A DNA stretch of 23,087 nt from Deinococcaceae bacterium (lineage in GTDB: Bacteria; Deinococcota; Deinococci; Deinococcales; Trueperaceae): NCBI GenBank assembly GCA_040256005.1, contig JBDZWC010000037.1:1-23087 (forward strand), written 5' to 3'. Below are positions 7,515 through 15,937 of the stretch, piece after piece (positions within the stretch are counted from its first letter, which is position 1; each line of letters begins with the position of its first letter). Position numbers and translations under genes: made by a program. The notes below the pieces were generated by a model. That model saw only the letters and a program-made list of their open reading frames with translations. It made no database searches and had not been told where the DNA came from.

Positions 7515-8402
7515 CTAGCCGGCCTTACGGAGACTCTCTGTGGCGGCCCTCACGAGGCCGCCGCTCTCCTGCAGTGCCTTGGCGGAGGCCTCCGCGCTCG
7601 CTCCCGCGATACCCATGACGATCGCCACACGCATGTCGCCTCCCGCCGCGTTCAACAGCTTCACCGCCTCTTCTTGCGATGAGCCAGCCGCCTGCGCCAC
7701 GATGCGCGCCGCGCGGTCGATGAGCTTGGCGTTGAGCGGGCGCATGGCCACCATCAGGTTGTCGTAGGCGCCGCCCATCCGCACCATCGCCGCGGTGGAC
7801 AGCGCGTTCAGGGCGGCCTTCTGGGCGGTGCCTGCGGCCAGGCGGGTGCTACCGGCCAGGACCTCGGGTCCCGTGTCGAGCAAGACCCCGACCTCCGCCG
7901 CCGACAGCAGCGGCGTGTCGGGGTTGTTGGCGATGCCGACGGTGAACGCTCCCCGTTCGCGGGCATGCTCGACCGCGGCGACCGTGTAGGGCGTCCGCCC
8001 GCTGGCCGCGACGCCCACGACGACGTCAGCCGGCCCGATGCCGGCGGCCTCCACCTCGCGGCGCGCGGCGTCGACGTCGTCCTCGGCGCCCTCCTTGGCC
8101 CGCGCTTGGGCGTCGCCGCCCCCGGCCATCAGCAGGACCACGTCCTCGAAGCCGAAGGTGGGAGCTAGCTCTGCCGCGTCCTGGACGCCCAGGCGACCCG
8201 ATGTGCCGGCCCCAACGTAGACGAGCCGGCCGCCCTCCCGAAGCCGCTGTTCGATGCCGGCGGCAGCCCTGGCCAGCTGGGGAGTGGCGCGGCGCACCGC
8301 CTCGATGGCGCGCGCGTTGGCTTCGGTCACCGCCTCGACGATGCGCTCGGCCGGCCAGGTGTCCAACCCCACGTACCTGGGATCGACTGCTTCGGTGCTC
8401 AT
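7515..8402 (-). CDS. murQ: N-acetylmuramic acid 6-phosphate etherase
   Basis: 'GRLVYVGAGTSGRLGVQDAAELAPTFG', 'EGAEDD', 'GVAASGRTPY', 'TGPEVLAGSTRLAAGTAQK' and 'NLMVAMRPLNAKL'. The true start is the ATG at 8402 (MSTEAVDPRY), which overlaps the GNAT stop (ATGA). Confidence 0.96.
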   Translation of the reverse strand: MSTEAVDPRYVGLDTWPAERIVEAVTEANARAIEAVRRATPQLARAAAGIEQRLREGGRLVYVGAGTSGRLGVQDAAELAPTFGFEDVVLLMAGGGDAQARAKEGAEDDVDAARREVEAAGIGPADVVVGVAASGRTPYTVAAVEHARERGAFTVGIANNPDTPLLSAAEVGVLLDTGPEVLAGSTRLAAGTAQKAALNALSTAAMVRMGGAYDNLMVAMRPLNAKLIDRAARIVAQAAGSSQEEAVKLLNAAGGDMRVAIVMGIAGASAEASAKALQESGGLVRAATESLRKAG

Positions 8403-9394
8403 CCTCGTCCTCCGTCGCCGGGTGGACGTGCCGGCCCTGTCCGCGCTCTTTGGTAGGTGCGCCACACGCGGGCTCCGAGGCGCCCGTAGAAGGATCCCAA
8501 GGTCGTCCAGTTGATGATGACGTCCGTGATGCCTCGCTCCTTGAGCGCCTGCGCGGCGGCCCTCACCATCGCCAGCCCCAGCCCCAGCCCTCTCACGTCG
8601 GGAGCGGTGCCCAGAGGCCCGATCCCACCGAGCCGCCCGTCCGGGTAATCGCGCGATAGCGCGCCCGCCCAATGTAGGCCGGGCGCCGTGAGTTCCTCAC
8701 CGCCTTGGAAGGCGACGCAGAACCCCTTGGCGCGTGCCGAGGCGGGCACGCCTTGGGCGTCCGTCCGCTCTACGGTGAAGACCGTGGCGCCGCCCCTCAG
8801 GTAGGTGGCAAGCTCCTCGGCCCAGCGACCTGGGAAGGTGGCGCGCACGAACGCCAGCGCGCCCTCGTGGTCGCCTCCCGTCGCGCGCCAGCCTGGCGGC
8901 AGGGGGGCGGCGGGTAACTCCGGGCGCAGGTCCAGGTGGAGGTCCTGCTCGCACACGGAGAACCTCGCGCCCGCATGCCGCAGCAGGCGCCAGGCGGCGG
9001 GGGGTGACTCCAGCGGCGGGCCGGGAAGGAGGTGGTCAGCGTCGGAGCCGAAGTGCACCTCGGCCGGCGCTGAGGACGACAACCGGTGCATCAGCTCCGC
9101 GAGCACGGCCGTGCCTACGCCTCGGCCCTGGTTCTCCCTGCGGACAGCCAAGGAGGAGACCCACGCCAGGTTGGCCGGCTGCCAGCTGGACACGGGCCGC
9201 TTGCCGTGCGCGTAGGCGAGGACCCGCCCCTCGGCGACGGCGCCCACCAGCAGCTCGGGGTCGTGGTGGGGAGACGCCAACCGCTCGTGCCATAGGGCCT
9301 CGGTCAAGGGGTAGGGGTTCGGCTCGCCCCAGGCGGAGTTCCACACCTCGGGCACCGCCAGCGCCTCCTCGGGTGTCAGCGTCCGCAGCTCCAC
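8399..9394 (-). CDS. Tandem-GNAT N-acetyltransferase (GlmA-like candidate)
   Basis: Two acetyl-CoA-binding motifs: 'LAVRRENQGRGVGTAVL' and 'GIGPLGTAPDVRGLGLGLAMV...INWTTLGSFYGRLG'. Coupled between the GntR gene and murQ. Confidence 0.88.
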   Translation of the reverse strand: MELRTLTPEEALAVPEVWNSAWGEPNPYPLTEALWHERLASPHHDPELLVGAVAEGRVLAYAHGKRPVSSWQPANLAWVSSLAVRRENQGRGVGTAVLAELMHRLSSSAPAEVHFGSDADHLLPGPPLESPPAAWRLLRHAGARFSVCEQDLHLDLRPELPAAPLPPGWRATGGDHEGALAFVRATFPGRWAEELATYLRGGATVFTVERTDAQGVPASARAKGFCVAFQGGEELTAPGLHWAGALSRDYPDGRLGGIGPLGTAPDVRGLGLGLAMVRAAAQALKERGITDVIINWTTLGSFYGRLGARVWRTYQRARTGPARPPGDGGRG

Positions 9395-9395
9395 C

Positions 9396-10229
9396 TCAGA
9401 AAGCCCGCAAGTCGAGGGCCATGCGGTAGATGTCGCCGCGGTAGGCGCTGCGCACGTACTCGAACGGGAGGCCGTCCTCTCCGTAGGTCGTGCGCTCGAG
9501 AGCCAGCACCGGCACCAACTTGCCTATGCCCAGCAGGCGGCACTCGTGATCCGTCGGCAACCGCGCGGCGATCGTCTGCCTGGCCCGCGCGGGCTTGATG
9601 CCGAACTGCTTGTCGAGCGTGCTGTACAGGCTGCCGGTCTCCTCGAGCAGCTCGAGCGAGAGCTCCGCCAGCCGGGGCGCGAGGTGGGCGTCTTGAAGGG
9701 CCAGCGGTTCGTCGGTCGCCGTCCGCAACCTGGTGATCTGGAGCACCTCGGTCCGGCTGGGGACGCGCAGGGCCTGGGCCACGTGATCGTCGGCCGGAAG
9801 GCGCTGCGTCGAGAGGAGCCGCGAACCCGGCTCGAAGCCCAGGTTGCGCGCCTCGTCGGTGAAGCCGAGGACGCGGTCGATCACCTGCTCGAGCGGCCTC
9901 GGCCGCACGAACGTGCCCGAGCCCTGGCGCTGCTCCACCACGCCGGCTGCCACCAGCTCCTCGAAGGCGCGCCGCACGGTCATGCGCGAGAGGCCGAGGT
10001 CGAGAGCCAGGACGCGCTCGGACGGCAACGCCGAGCCGGCTACGAGGTCGCCCTCCTCGATGGAGCGGGTGAGCTGCTCGCTGAGTTGGAGGTAAGCCGG
10101 CGTGGGGCGAGTCTTGTCGATCGCCAGCCGCAGACCAGCCAGCTGCCCGGATCCCGTGGCGGGCTCCTCGACGGCCTCGCTCAGGCCGACGGCGCCGCCC
10201 ACCGTGTCACGACCCGCGCTACCTGCCAT
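9396..10229 (-). CDS. GntR family (HutC subfamily, UTRA domain) transcriptional regulator, NagR/NagQ/DasR-like
   Basis: wHTH 'PAYLQL...LPSERVLALDLGLSRMTVRRAFEELV..GVVEQRQGSGTFV' and UTRA 'GFTDEA...RLR...SLY...EYVRSAYRGD'. The ATG at 10229 has AGGAGG upstream. Confidence 0.95.
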   Translation of the reverse strand: MAGSAGRDTVGGAVGLSEAVEEPATGSGQLAGLRLAIDKTRPTPAYLQLSEQLTRSIEEGDLVAGSALPSERVLALDLGLSRMTVRRAFEELVAAGVVEQRQGSGTFVRPRPLEQVIDRVLGFTDEARNLGFEPGSRLLSTQRLPADDHVAQALRVPSRTEVLQITRLRTATDEPLALQDAHLAPRLAELSLELLEETGSLYSTLDKQFGIKPARARQTIAARLPTDHECRLLGIGKLVPVLALERTTYGEDGLPFEYVRSAYRGDIYRMALDLRAF

Positions 10230-10289
10230 GCGATCGCGCCCTCCTGACCCGGCGGCCCGGTCTCGTGGCGGGCCGCGTCGCCGATCCGT

Positions 10290-10313
10290 GTCTCGTACCA
10301 CTTCTATACCATC
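10290..10313 (-). promoter_or_regulatory. Putative GntR operator upstream of gntR-GNAT-murQ
   Basis: The minus strand reads GATGGTATAGA-AGTGGTACGAG-AC, two TGGTA units with 11-bp period. Confidence 0.6.
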
Positions 10314-10430
10314 GGCGGGGCCCGGCAGCGGTCGACGGGGGCCGGCCGGACGACACGGGCTGGCGTTACACGGACCGACGACGGCCTAGCGACGACGCCT
10401 TAACTGTGCCCTTACCCTTCGCTATCCCAC

Positions 10431-10459
10431 TTGTGAGTGGTACGCGACTGGTCTATCCT
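10431..10459 (+). promoter_or_regulatory. Putative sigma70 promoter of the ABC operon with an operator in its spacer
   Basis: TTGTGA (10431-10436), 17 nt, TATCCT (10454-10459). It is overlapped by AGTGGTACGCG-ACTGGTCTATC (10436-10457). Confidence 0.6.
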
Positions 10460-10499
10460 GGGCCTCGCCGTAAGCAAGACACGAAAACGGGAGGTACAG

Positions 10500-12266
10500 A
10501 TGCACCGCAGACCACTACTCACCGTGCTGGCCGCAGCGCTGCTGGCTTCCGGCATGGCGCTAGCCCAGCCGCGGGTCGTCGACTACTCGAGCCTGGGCAT
10601 CCAGCCGGGCACCCAGGGTGGGAGCGTCACGCTTCCTCTCGGTGCGGCTCCACCCACGTTCCTCTACTACGCCCAGATCGACAACGCTACCCAGACCCTC
10701 ACCCAGCAGGTGTTCGATTCGCTGGTGGAGTTCAACCTCGAGACGTACGCGCTCGAGCCGGGCCTGGCCGAGAGCTGGGACGTCTCCGAGGACGGCACCG
10801 TCTACACGTTCCACCTGCGCGAGGGCGTGACCTGGCACGACGGCACGCCGTTCACCGCTGACGACGTCGTCTTCACGTACGAGCAGATCATCACGAACCC
10901 CGAAGCGCGCGCCGGCGACGCCGCCCAGTTCACCTACACGGTGGACGGCGAGCAGCAGCAGGTCACCTTCGAGGCCGTGGACGACCACACGGTGGTCTTC
11001 ACGCTCCCGGCCCCCTCGGCGGCCTTCCTCCTGCAGCAGCGCTTCTTCATCATGCCGAAGCACAAGCTGCTCGACTTCACGGTCGAGGGTGGGGCCACGG
11101 CCGGCGAGATCAACAACGCCTGGCCGACCGACGTCGACCTCTCAGAGGTCGTCGGTACCGGGCCGTTCATGTACGACAGTTACACCCCGGGTCAGCTGGT
11201 GGTCCTCAAGCGCAACCCGAACTACTGGAAGCAGGACACCGCTGGCACCCAGCTCCCGTACCTCGACGAGGTGCGCTACCTCGTGGTGCAGGGCACCGAG
11301 GCCCAGACCGCGCAGTTCCTCGCCGGCAACCTCGACCAGCTCAACATCTCCGGCGCCCAGTTCCCGAACTTCAAGGACCTCGAGCAGCAGGGCGAAGGCT
11401 TCCGTGTGGTCGTCAGCGACGCGCTGTTCGGCTCACCGCCCCACGTCGCCTTCAACTTCGACGACCCCACCTTCGGCGAGCTGTTCGGCAACCACGAGTT
11501 CCGCAAGGCCATGGAGTTCGCGGTCAACCGCGAGCGCGTGATCGAGGACGTCTACAACGGCCTGGCCACCATCCCCGGCACGCCCACGGCACCGGCCGAC
11601 GGCACGTTCTACGAGGACACGACCGGCCTCATGAACATGTTCGACCTCGAGGCCGCCGCGGCCGCCCTGGATGAGCTGGGCGCCGTGGACTCCGACGGCG
11701 ACGGCATCCGCAACATGCCGAACGGCGGACCGAACCTCCAGTTCGGCCTGACCTACGCCTCGGACTCGCAGACGTTCACCGACATCGCGACCATCGTCCA
11801 GAACGACTTCCGTCAGATCGGCGTCCAGGCCGACCTGGTCGCCGTCCAGAACTCCGCGCTGCTCTCGACCGGCCTCGCCGGCGACTACCAGGCCATCATC
11901 GTGGCCCTCGGCAACCAGCCCGATCCGGAGCTGCGCAAGCCCATCTGGCAGCCGGGCGGCTCGCTGTACTACTGGCACCGCTCGACCCAGCCGGCCGAGC
12001 CGGGCGGCACCCCCAACTTCGACGCCATGGCCGACTGGGAGCAGAGGATCTACGAGATCTTCGACCAGGGCACGACCATGGTCGACCAGGCCGCGCGCGC
12101 CGAGCTCTACAAGGAGTGGCAGCGCCTCAACGCCGAGTACGCGCCGGTGATCATGATCGCCAAGCCGTCGAACATCGCCGCCGTGTGGGACCGCGTCGGC
12201 AACTTCGTCTACAGCCTGGGCGTTATCCCCGGGTACAACCCGGTACCGTTCTACACGGTCGAGTGA
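10500..12266 (+). CDS. ABC transporter substrate-binding protein, family 5 (peptide/nickel/oligosaccharide)
   Basis: Signal peptide ending 'ALAQ', family-5 signature 'PGLAESWDVSEDGTVYTFHLREGVTWHDGTPFTADDVVFTY', 'GTGPF' and 'LKRNPNYW...PYLD'. The ATG at 10500 follows GGGAGG. Confidence 0.96.
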   Translation: MHRRPLLTVLAAALLASGMALAQPRVVDYSSLGIQPGTQGGSVTLPLGAAPPTFLYYAQIDNATQTLTQQVFDSLVEFNLETYALEPGLAESWDVSEDGTVYTFHLREGVTWHDGTPFTADDVVFTYEQIITNPEARAGDAAQFTYTVDGEQQQVTFEAVDDHTVVFTLPAPSAAFLLQQRFFIMPKHKLLDFTVEGGATAGEINNAWPTDVDLSEVVGTGPFMYDSYTPGQLVVLKRNPNYWKQDTAGTQLPYLDEVRYLVVQGTEAQTAQFLAGNLDQLNISGAQFPNFKDLEQQGEGFRVVVSDALFGSPPHVAFNFDDPTFGELFGNHEFRKAMEFAVNRERVIEDVYNGLATIPGTPTAPADGTFYEDTTGLMNMFDLEAAAAALDELGAVDSDGDGIRNMPNGGPNLQFGLTYASDSQTFTDIATIVQNDFRQIGVQADLVAVQNSALLSTGLAGDYQAIIVALGNQPDPELRKPIWQPGGSLYYWHRSTQPAEPGGTPNFDAMADWEQRIYEIFDQGTTMVDQAARAELYKEWQRLNAEYAPVIMIAKPSNIAAVWDRVGNFVYSLGVIPGYNPVPFYTVE

Positions 12267-12297
12267 CCTGCGCTAAGCGCTAGTCTCGGCGAAGATG

Positions 12298-12337
12298 GAG
12301 CCGGGCAGGTGAGGCAGCCGCCCCACCAGCCCGGCTC
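12298..12337 (+). other. Intra-operon stem-loop after the binding-protein gene (mRNA stabiliser/attenuator)
   Basis: GAGCCGGGC (12298-12306)/GCCCGGCTC (12329-12337), plus inner GGTG/CACC and GGC/GCC pairs. No U-tract. Confidence 0.6.
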
Positions 12338-12378
12338 TCGCCGGTATTTGTCACGCTGACATATCGTCCGGAGGCATC

Positions 12379-13350
12379 TTGTTCGTCTACGTCGTCAGAC
12401 GTATCGCCGTCATGATCCCGACGCTGTTCCTGGTGTCGGTCGTCTGCTTCTTCATCATCCAGCTCGCGCCGGGGTCCTTCACCGACAGGTACCTCGAGGA
12501 CCCGCGCATGAGCCCCGCCCAGGTCGCCCGCATCAACGAGCAGTTGGGCCTCGATAAGCCGGCGCACGAGCAGTACCTGCGCTGGGTGGGTGGCATCCTC
12601 TCGCGCGGCGACTTCGGCTTCAGCTTCTTCGCGAACCGCCCCGTGTGGGGCGTCATCAGCGAGCGCCTCTGGTGGACCGTCGTCGTGGCGGGCATCACTA
12701 TGGGGTTCGCCTGGCTCATCGCCGTGCCCCTCGGTATCTTCACCGCGTTGCGCCGCAACGGCGTCACGGACTTCTTCGCCAGCTTCGTGGGCTATGTCGG
12801 CCTGGCCACGCCCGACTTCCTCGTCGCGCTCCTGCTAGTCGCCCTGGTGCTGCAGTCGGGCGGCACCAACGTGGGCGGCCTGTTCAGCCCTCAGTACATC
12901 GGGAAGCCCTGGAGCGGGCCCCGTCTCATCGACTTCCTCAACCACATGTGGATCCCCGTGCTGGCCATCGGCACTGGCAGCATCGCCGCGGTCATGCGCC
13001 AGATGCGCGCCAACCTGCTGGACGTCCTCAACGCCGACTACGTCCGCACCGCCAGGTCCAAGGGCCTCGAGGAGCGCGTGGTCATCAACCGCCACGCCGT
13101 CCGCAACGCGCTCAACCCGCTGGTCTCGCTGGCGGGACTCAGCCTGCCGGAGCTCATCAACGGCACGATCATCGCGAGCATCGTCCTCAACCTGCCGACT
13201 ATCGGACCGCTCCTCTACGACTCGCTGATCAACAAGGACCAGTACGTGGCGATGTCACTGCTGCTGCTCTCGAGCGTCCTGCTGATGGTCGGCAACCTGC
13301 TGGCCGACCTCACGCTGGCGTGGGTGGACCCCCGGATCCGCTATGACTGA
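12379..13350 (+). CDS. ABC transporter permease (OppB/DppB-like)
   Basis: 'YVVRRI...PTL', 'LGLDKP..EQYLRW...GDFG.S', EAA loop 'DYVRTARSKGL.ERVVI.RHA.RNA' and C-terminal 'DPRIR'. TTG start follows GGAGG. Confidence 0.95.
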   Translation: MFVYVVRRIAVMIPTLFLVSVVCFFIIQLAPGSFTDRYLEDPRMSPAQVARINEQLGLDKPAHEQYLRWVGGILSRGDFGFSFFANRPVWGVISERLWWTVVVAGITMGFAWLIAVPLGIFTALRRNGVTDFFASFVGYVGLATPDFLVALLLVALVLQSGGTNVGGLFSPQYIGKPWSGPRLIDFLNHMWIPVLAIGTGSIAAVMRQMRANLLDVLNADYVRTARSKGLEERVVINRHAVRNALNPLVSLAGLSLPELINGTIIASIVLNLPTIGPLLYDSLINKDQYVAMSLLLLSSVLLMVGNLLADLTLAWVDPRIRYD

Positions 13351-14452
13351 GCGCCTGCGTCTCAACCGGGCCCGGCGCGCCGAACGCATCGGGCGCTCCC
13401 CGCTGGAACTGGCCTGGCGACGCTTCCGCAAATCGAGGGCCGGCATGGCCGGCGGCACCGTGCTCATCGTCCTGTACCTCATCGCGCTGTTCTCGCAGTT
13501 CCTGGCGCCGTACTCGATCATCAGGCAGTACCGCAACGTCTACCAGCCCCCTCAGCGCCTCCACTTCCTGCACGAGGGCAGGCTCACGTGGCCGTACGTG
13601 CGGGCGATGGTGCAGGAGCGCGATCCCGTCACCTTCAGGCGGCAATGGGTCGAGGACGAGGACTCGCGCCTGCCCTTGCGACTGTTCGTGCACGGTGATA
13701 GGTACAAGTTCCTAGGGTTGATACCCAGCGACCTACACCTGTTCGGCGTCGAAGGCGGCACCTACTTCGTGTTCGGAACGGACCGCTTCGGCCGCGACCT
13801 GTTCTCGCGCATCCTGGTCGGCTCGCAGGTGTCCCTCACGGTGGGCATCATCGGCATCATCATCTCGTTCGCCGTCGGGATCCTCATAGGGGGCATCTCC
13901 GGCTACTACGGCGGCTGGATCGACCAGGTGCTGCAGCGGCTCATAGAGGTCCTGCTGTCGTTCCCGCGCCTGCCCATCCTGCTGGCCCTGGCGACCGTCA
14001 TACCGTCCTCGTGGCCCTCCACCTGGGTCTACGCCGGCATCGTGGCGGTGCTCGCGTTCATCGGTTGGGCCGGGCTGGCCAGGGTCGTGCGCGGGCAGGT
14101 GCTGGCCGTGCGCGAGGTGGACTTCGTGTCCGCCGCCCGGGCGCTGGGCTCGCGGGACCTGCCCATCATCGTCAAGCACGTCGTGCCCAACCTGACCTCG
14201 TACCTCATCGTCGCCGCCACGCTGGCGCTGCCCGGCTACATCCTTGGGGAGAGCACGCTGTCCTTCCTCGGCCTGGGGATCAAGGAACCCATGACGTCGT
14301 GGGGCCTGCTGCTCAAGGACGCCCAGAGCTTCGAGGCCCTGAGGCTCTACCCCTGGCTGCTGGCGCCAGGCGCGCTGATCGTCATCTCGGTCCTGGCCTT
14401 CAACTTCGTCGGCGACGCGCTCCGTGACGCGGCCGACGTGCGGACGCGGTGA
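13343..14452 (+). CDS. ABC transporter permease (OppC/DppC-like)
   Basis: 'AWRRFRK', 'FGTDRFGRDLFSRIL.GSQVSL', 'DFVSAARALG...IIVKHVVPN', 'ESTLSFLGLG' and 'FNFVGDALRDA'. Overlaps the upstream permease. Confidence 0.95.
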   Translation: MTERLRLNRARRAERIGRSPLELAWRRFRKSRAGMAGGTVLIVLYLIALFSQFLAPYSIIRQYRNVYQPPQRLHFLHEGRLTWPYVRAMVQERDPVTFRRQWVEDEDSRLPLRLFVHGDRYKFLGLIPSDLHLFGVEGGTYFVFGTDRFGRDLFSRILVGSQVSLTVGIIGIIISFAVGILIGGISGYYGGWIDQVLQRLIEVLLSFPRLPILLALATVIPSSWPSTWVYAGIVAVLAFIGWAGLARVVRGQVLAVREVDFVSAARALGSRDLPIIVKHVVPNLTSYLIVAATLALPGYILGESTLSFLGLGIKEPMTSWGLLLKDAQSFEALRLYPWLLAPGALIVISVLAFNFVGDALRDAADVRTR

Positions 14453-15897
14453 ACCCGCCGCCCGGCTGGCGCGACCGCTTCGCGCACGCCCTCTCTGCCC
14501 TGGCCGAGCGCACACAGGCTCCAGGCCTCGCTGTCTCGCTGTTCGACCGGGACGACGTCCTGCTGGAGCTGTGCCTGGGCCACCGCGACCGGGAAGAGGG
14601 GCTGCCCGTCGACGCCGACACGATCTTCGGCGTCGCCTCTATCACTAAGTCGTTCACGGCACTGGCGCTGTGCCTCCTGCGTGACGACGGGCGCCTGAGC
14701 CTCGACGACCCTGTCACGCGGTATCTCCCGTTCAGGCTGTGGCGTGAGGGCGAGGCTCCCACGCTGCGGCACTTCCTCGAGCAGACGAGTGGCCTGCCAC
14801 CCACTCCAGCCATGACCTGGTTGAGGGCAGAGAGCCAGGCGCCCGATCCGGTCGCCGCCGCACCCACGTTACGGGAGGCGCTGACCACCGTGGCGGACGC
14901 CGCAGAGCTGCAGCGAAGGGCCGAAGAGGTCAGCACCTTCGAGGGGCTGGTCGGGTACCTCAACGAGAACGTCGAGCTGGTGGGTGCGCCGGGCGAGCTG
15001 TTCAGCTATAGCAACGACGGCTTCTGCCTGATGGGCGGGGTCGTCGAGCTGGTCAGCGGCGCGCCGTTCGACGACTTCGTGACGGAGCGCATCCTCGGCC
15101 CCCTGGGGATGGACCGGTCCACGTTCGACCTGCGGCGTGTGCTGGCGGACCCGAACCACTCCACCCTCTACGAGCGCGACGAAGACGGAGCGGTGGGGCG
15201 CTCGCCGGCGTGGCAGACCACAGGGCGGATGCTGGGTGGAGGGATGCTGAAGTCCACCCTGGCCGACCTGAGAACGTACGCCCGGTTCCATCTCGCGGCC
15301 GGGGCCGGCGACGAGAGAGCGGCGTCACAGGTAGGCGTAGATCCGGCCACCGTCCGAGAGATGGCCGCTGGCCGAGTGTGGGCCGGACCCGAGTCGCGTT
15401 ACGGCCTGGGCCTGCAGCGCAACGACGACTACCGGGGCCACACGGTGATAAGCCACGGCGGCGGGCTGAAAGGCGTCTCCAGTCGCATCGGGTGGGTGCC
15501 GGACCTCGGCGTGGGTGTCGCGGTGCTCTGCAACCTGGGTGGCGTGCCCGTCGAGAGGGTCTGGACGATGGCTCTCAACGCCTACCTCGGGCTGCCGCTC
15601 GAGGCCGCCACCTACGAGCCGACGCCCTATGACGCCAGCGAGGCCGAGGTCGAGGGCGTGTTGGGCAGCTACGCCTCGGGCGAGCCGTACGGCCGGTTGC
15701 GACTCTTCCTCGACGAACGCGGCGAACTGCGCGCCGCCACGGGCGAGCCGGCCGCCGAGGTGCCAGCCTTCATGGCAGGTCCCGACGAGGTGGCGCTGCG
15801 GTACGCGGAGTACGACGCGCCCGTCACCCTACTGCGGAGGGACGGGCGCGTGTGGGCGGCGCATCAGGGACTGCGTGTGCTGAGGAAGGTGGGCTGA
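14449..15897 (+). CDS. Beta-lactamase-related serine hydrolase (AmiE-like amidase/peptidase candidate), cytoplasmic
   Basis: SxxK 'ASITKS', YxN 'FSYSN', 'ILGPLGMD' and 'SHGGG'. No signal peptide. GTGA overlap with the permease. Confidence 0.9.
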   Translation: MNPPPGWRDRFAHALSALAERTQAPGLAVSLFDRDDVLLELCLGHRDREEGLPVDADTIFGVASITKSFTALALCLLRDDGRLSLDDPVTRYLPFRLWREGEAPTLRHFLEQTSGLPPTPAMTWLRAESQAPDPVAAAPTLREALTTVADAAELQRRAEEVSTFEGLVGYLNENVELVGAPGELFSYSNDGFCLMGGVVELVSGAPFDDFVTERILGPLGMDRSTFDLRRVLADPNHSTLYERDEDGAVGRSPAWQTTGRMLGGGMLKSTLADLRTYARFHLAAGAGDERAASQVGVDPATVREMAAGRVWAGPESRYGLGLQRNDDYRGHTVISHGGGLKGVSSRIGWVPDLGVGVAVLCNLGGVPVERVWTMALNAYLGLPLEAATYEPTPYDASEAEVEGVLGSYASGEPYGRLRLFLDERGELRAATGEPAAEVPAFMAGPDEVALRYAEYDAPVTLLRRDGRVWAAHQGLRVLRKVG

Positions 15898-15937
15898 CCG
15901 GCCGAGGGCCGGCACCACCTGGCGGGACGATCCGGGC

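Noticed and set aside
8403..8672. N-terminal extension of murQ (385 aa in the track)
   Set aside because: It lies within the GNAT gene; the ATG at 8402 gives a canonical-length MurQ with ATGA coupling.
14449..15897. True beta-lactamase (antibiotic resistance gene)
   Set aside because: No signal peptide, HGG in place of KTG, and catabolic operon context point to an amidase/peptidase.
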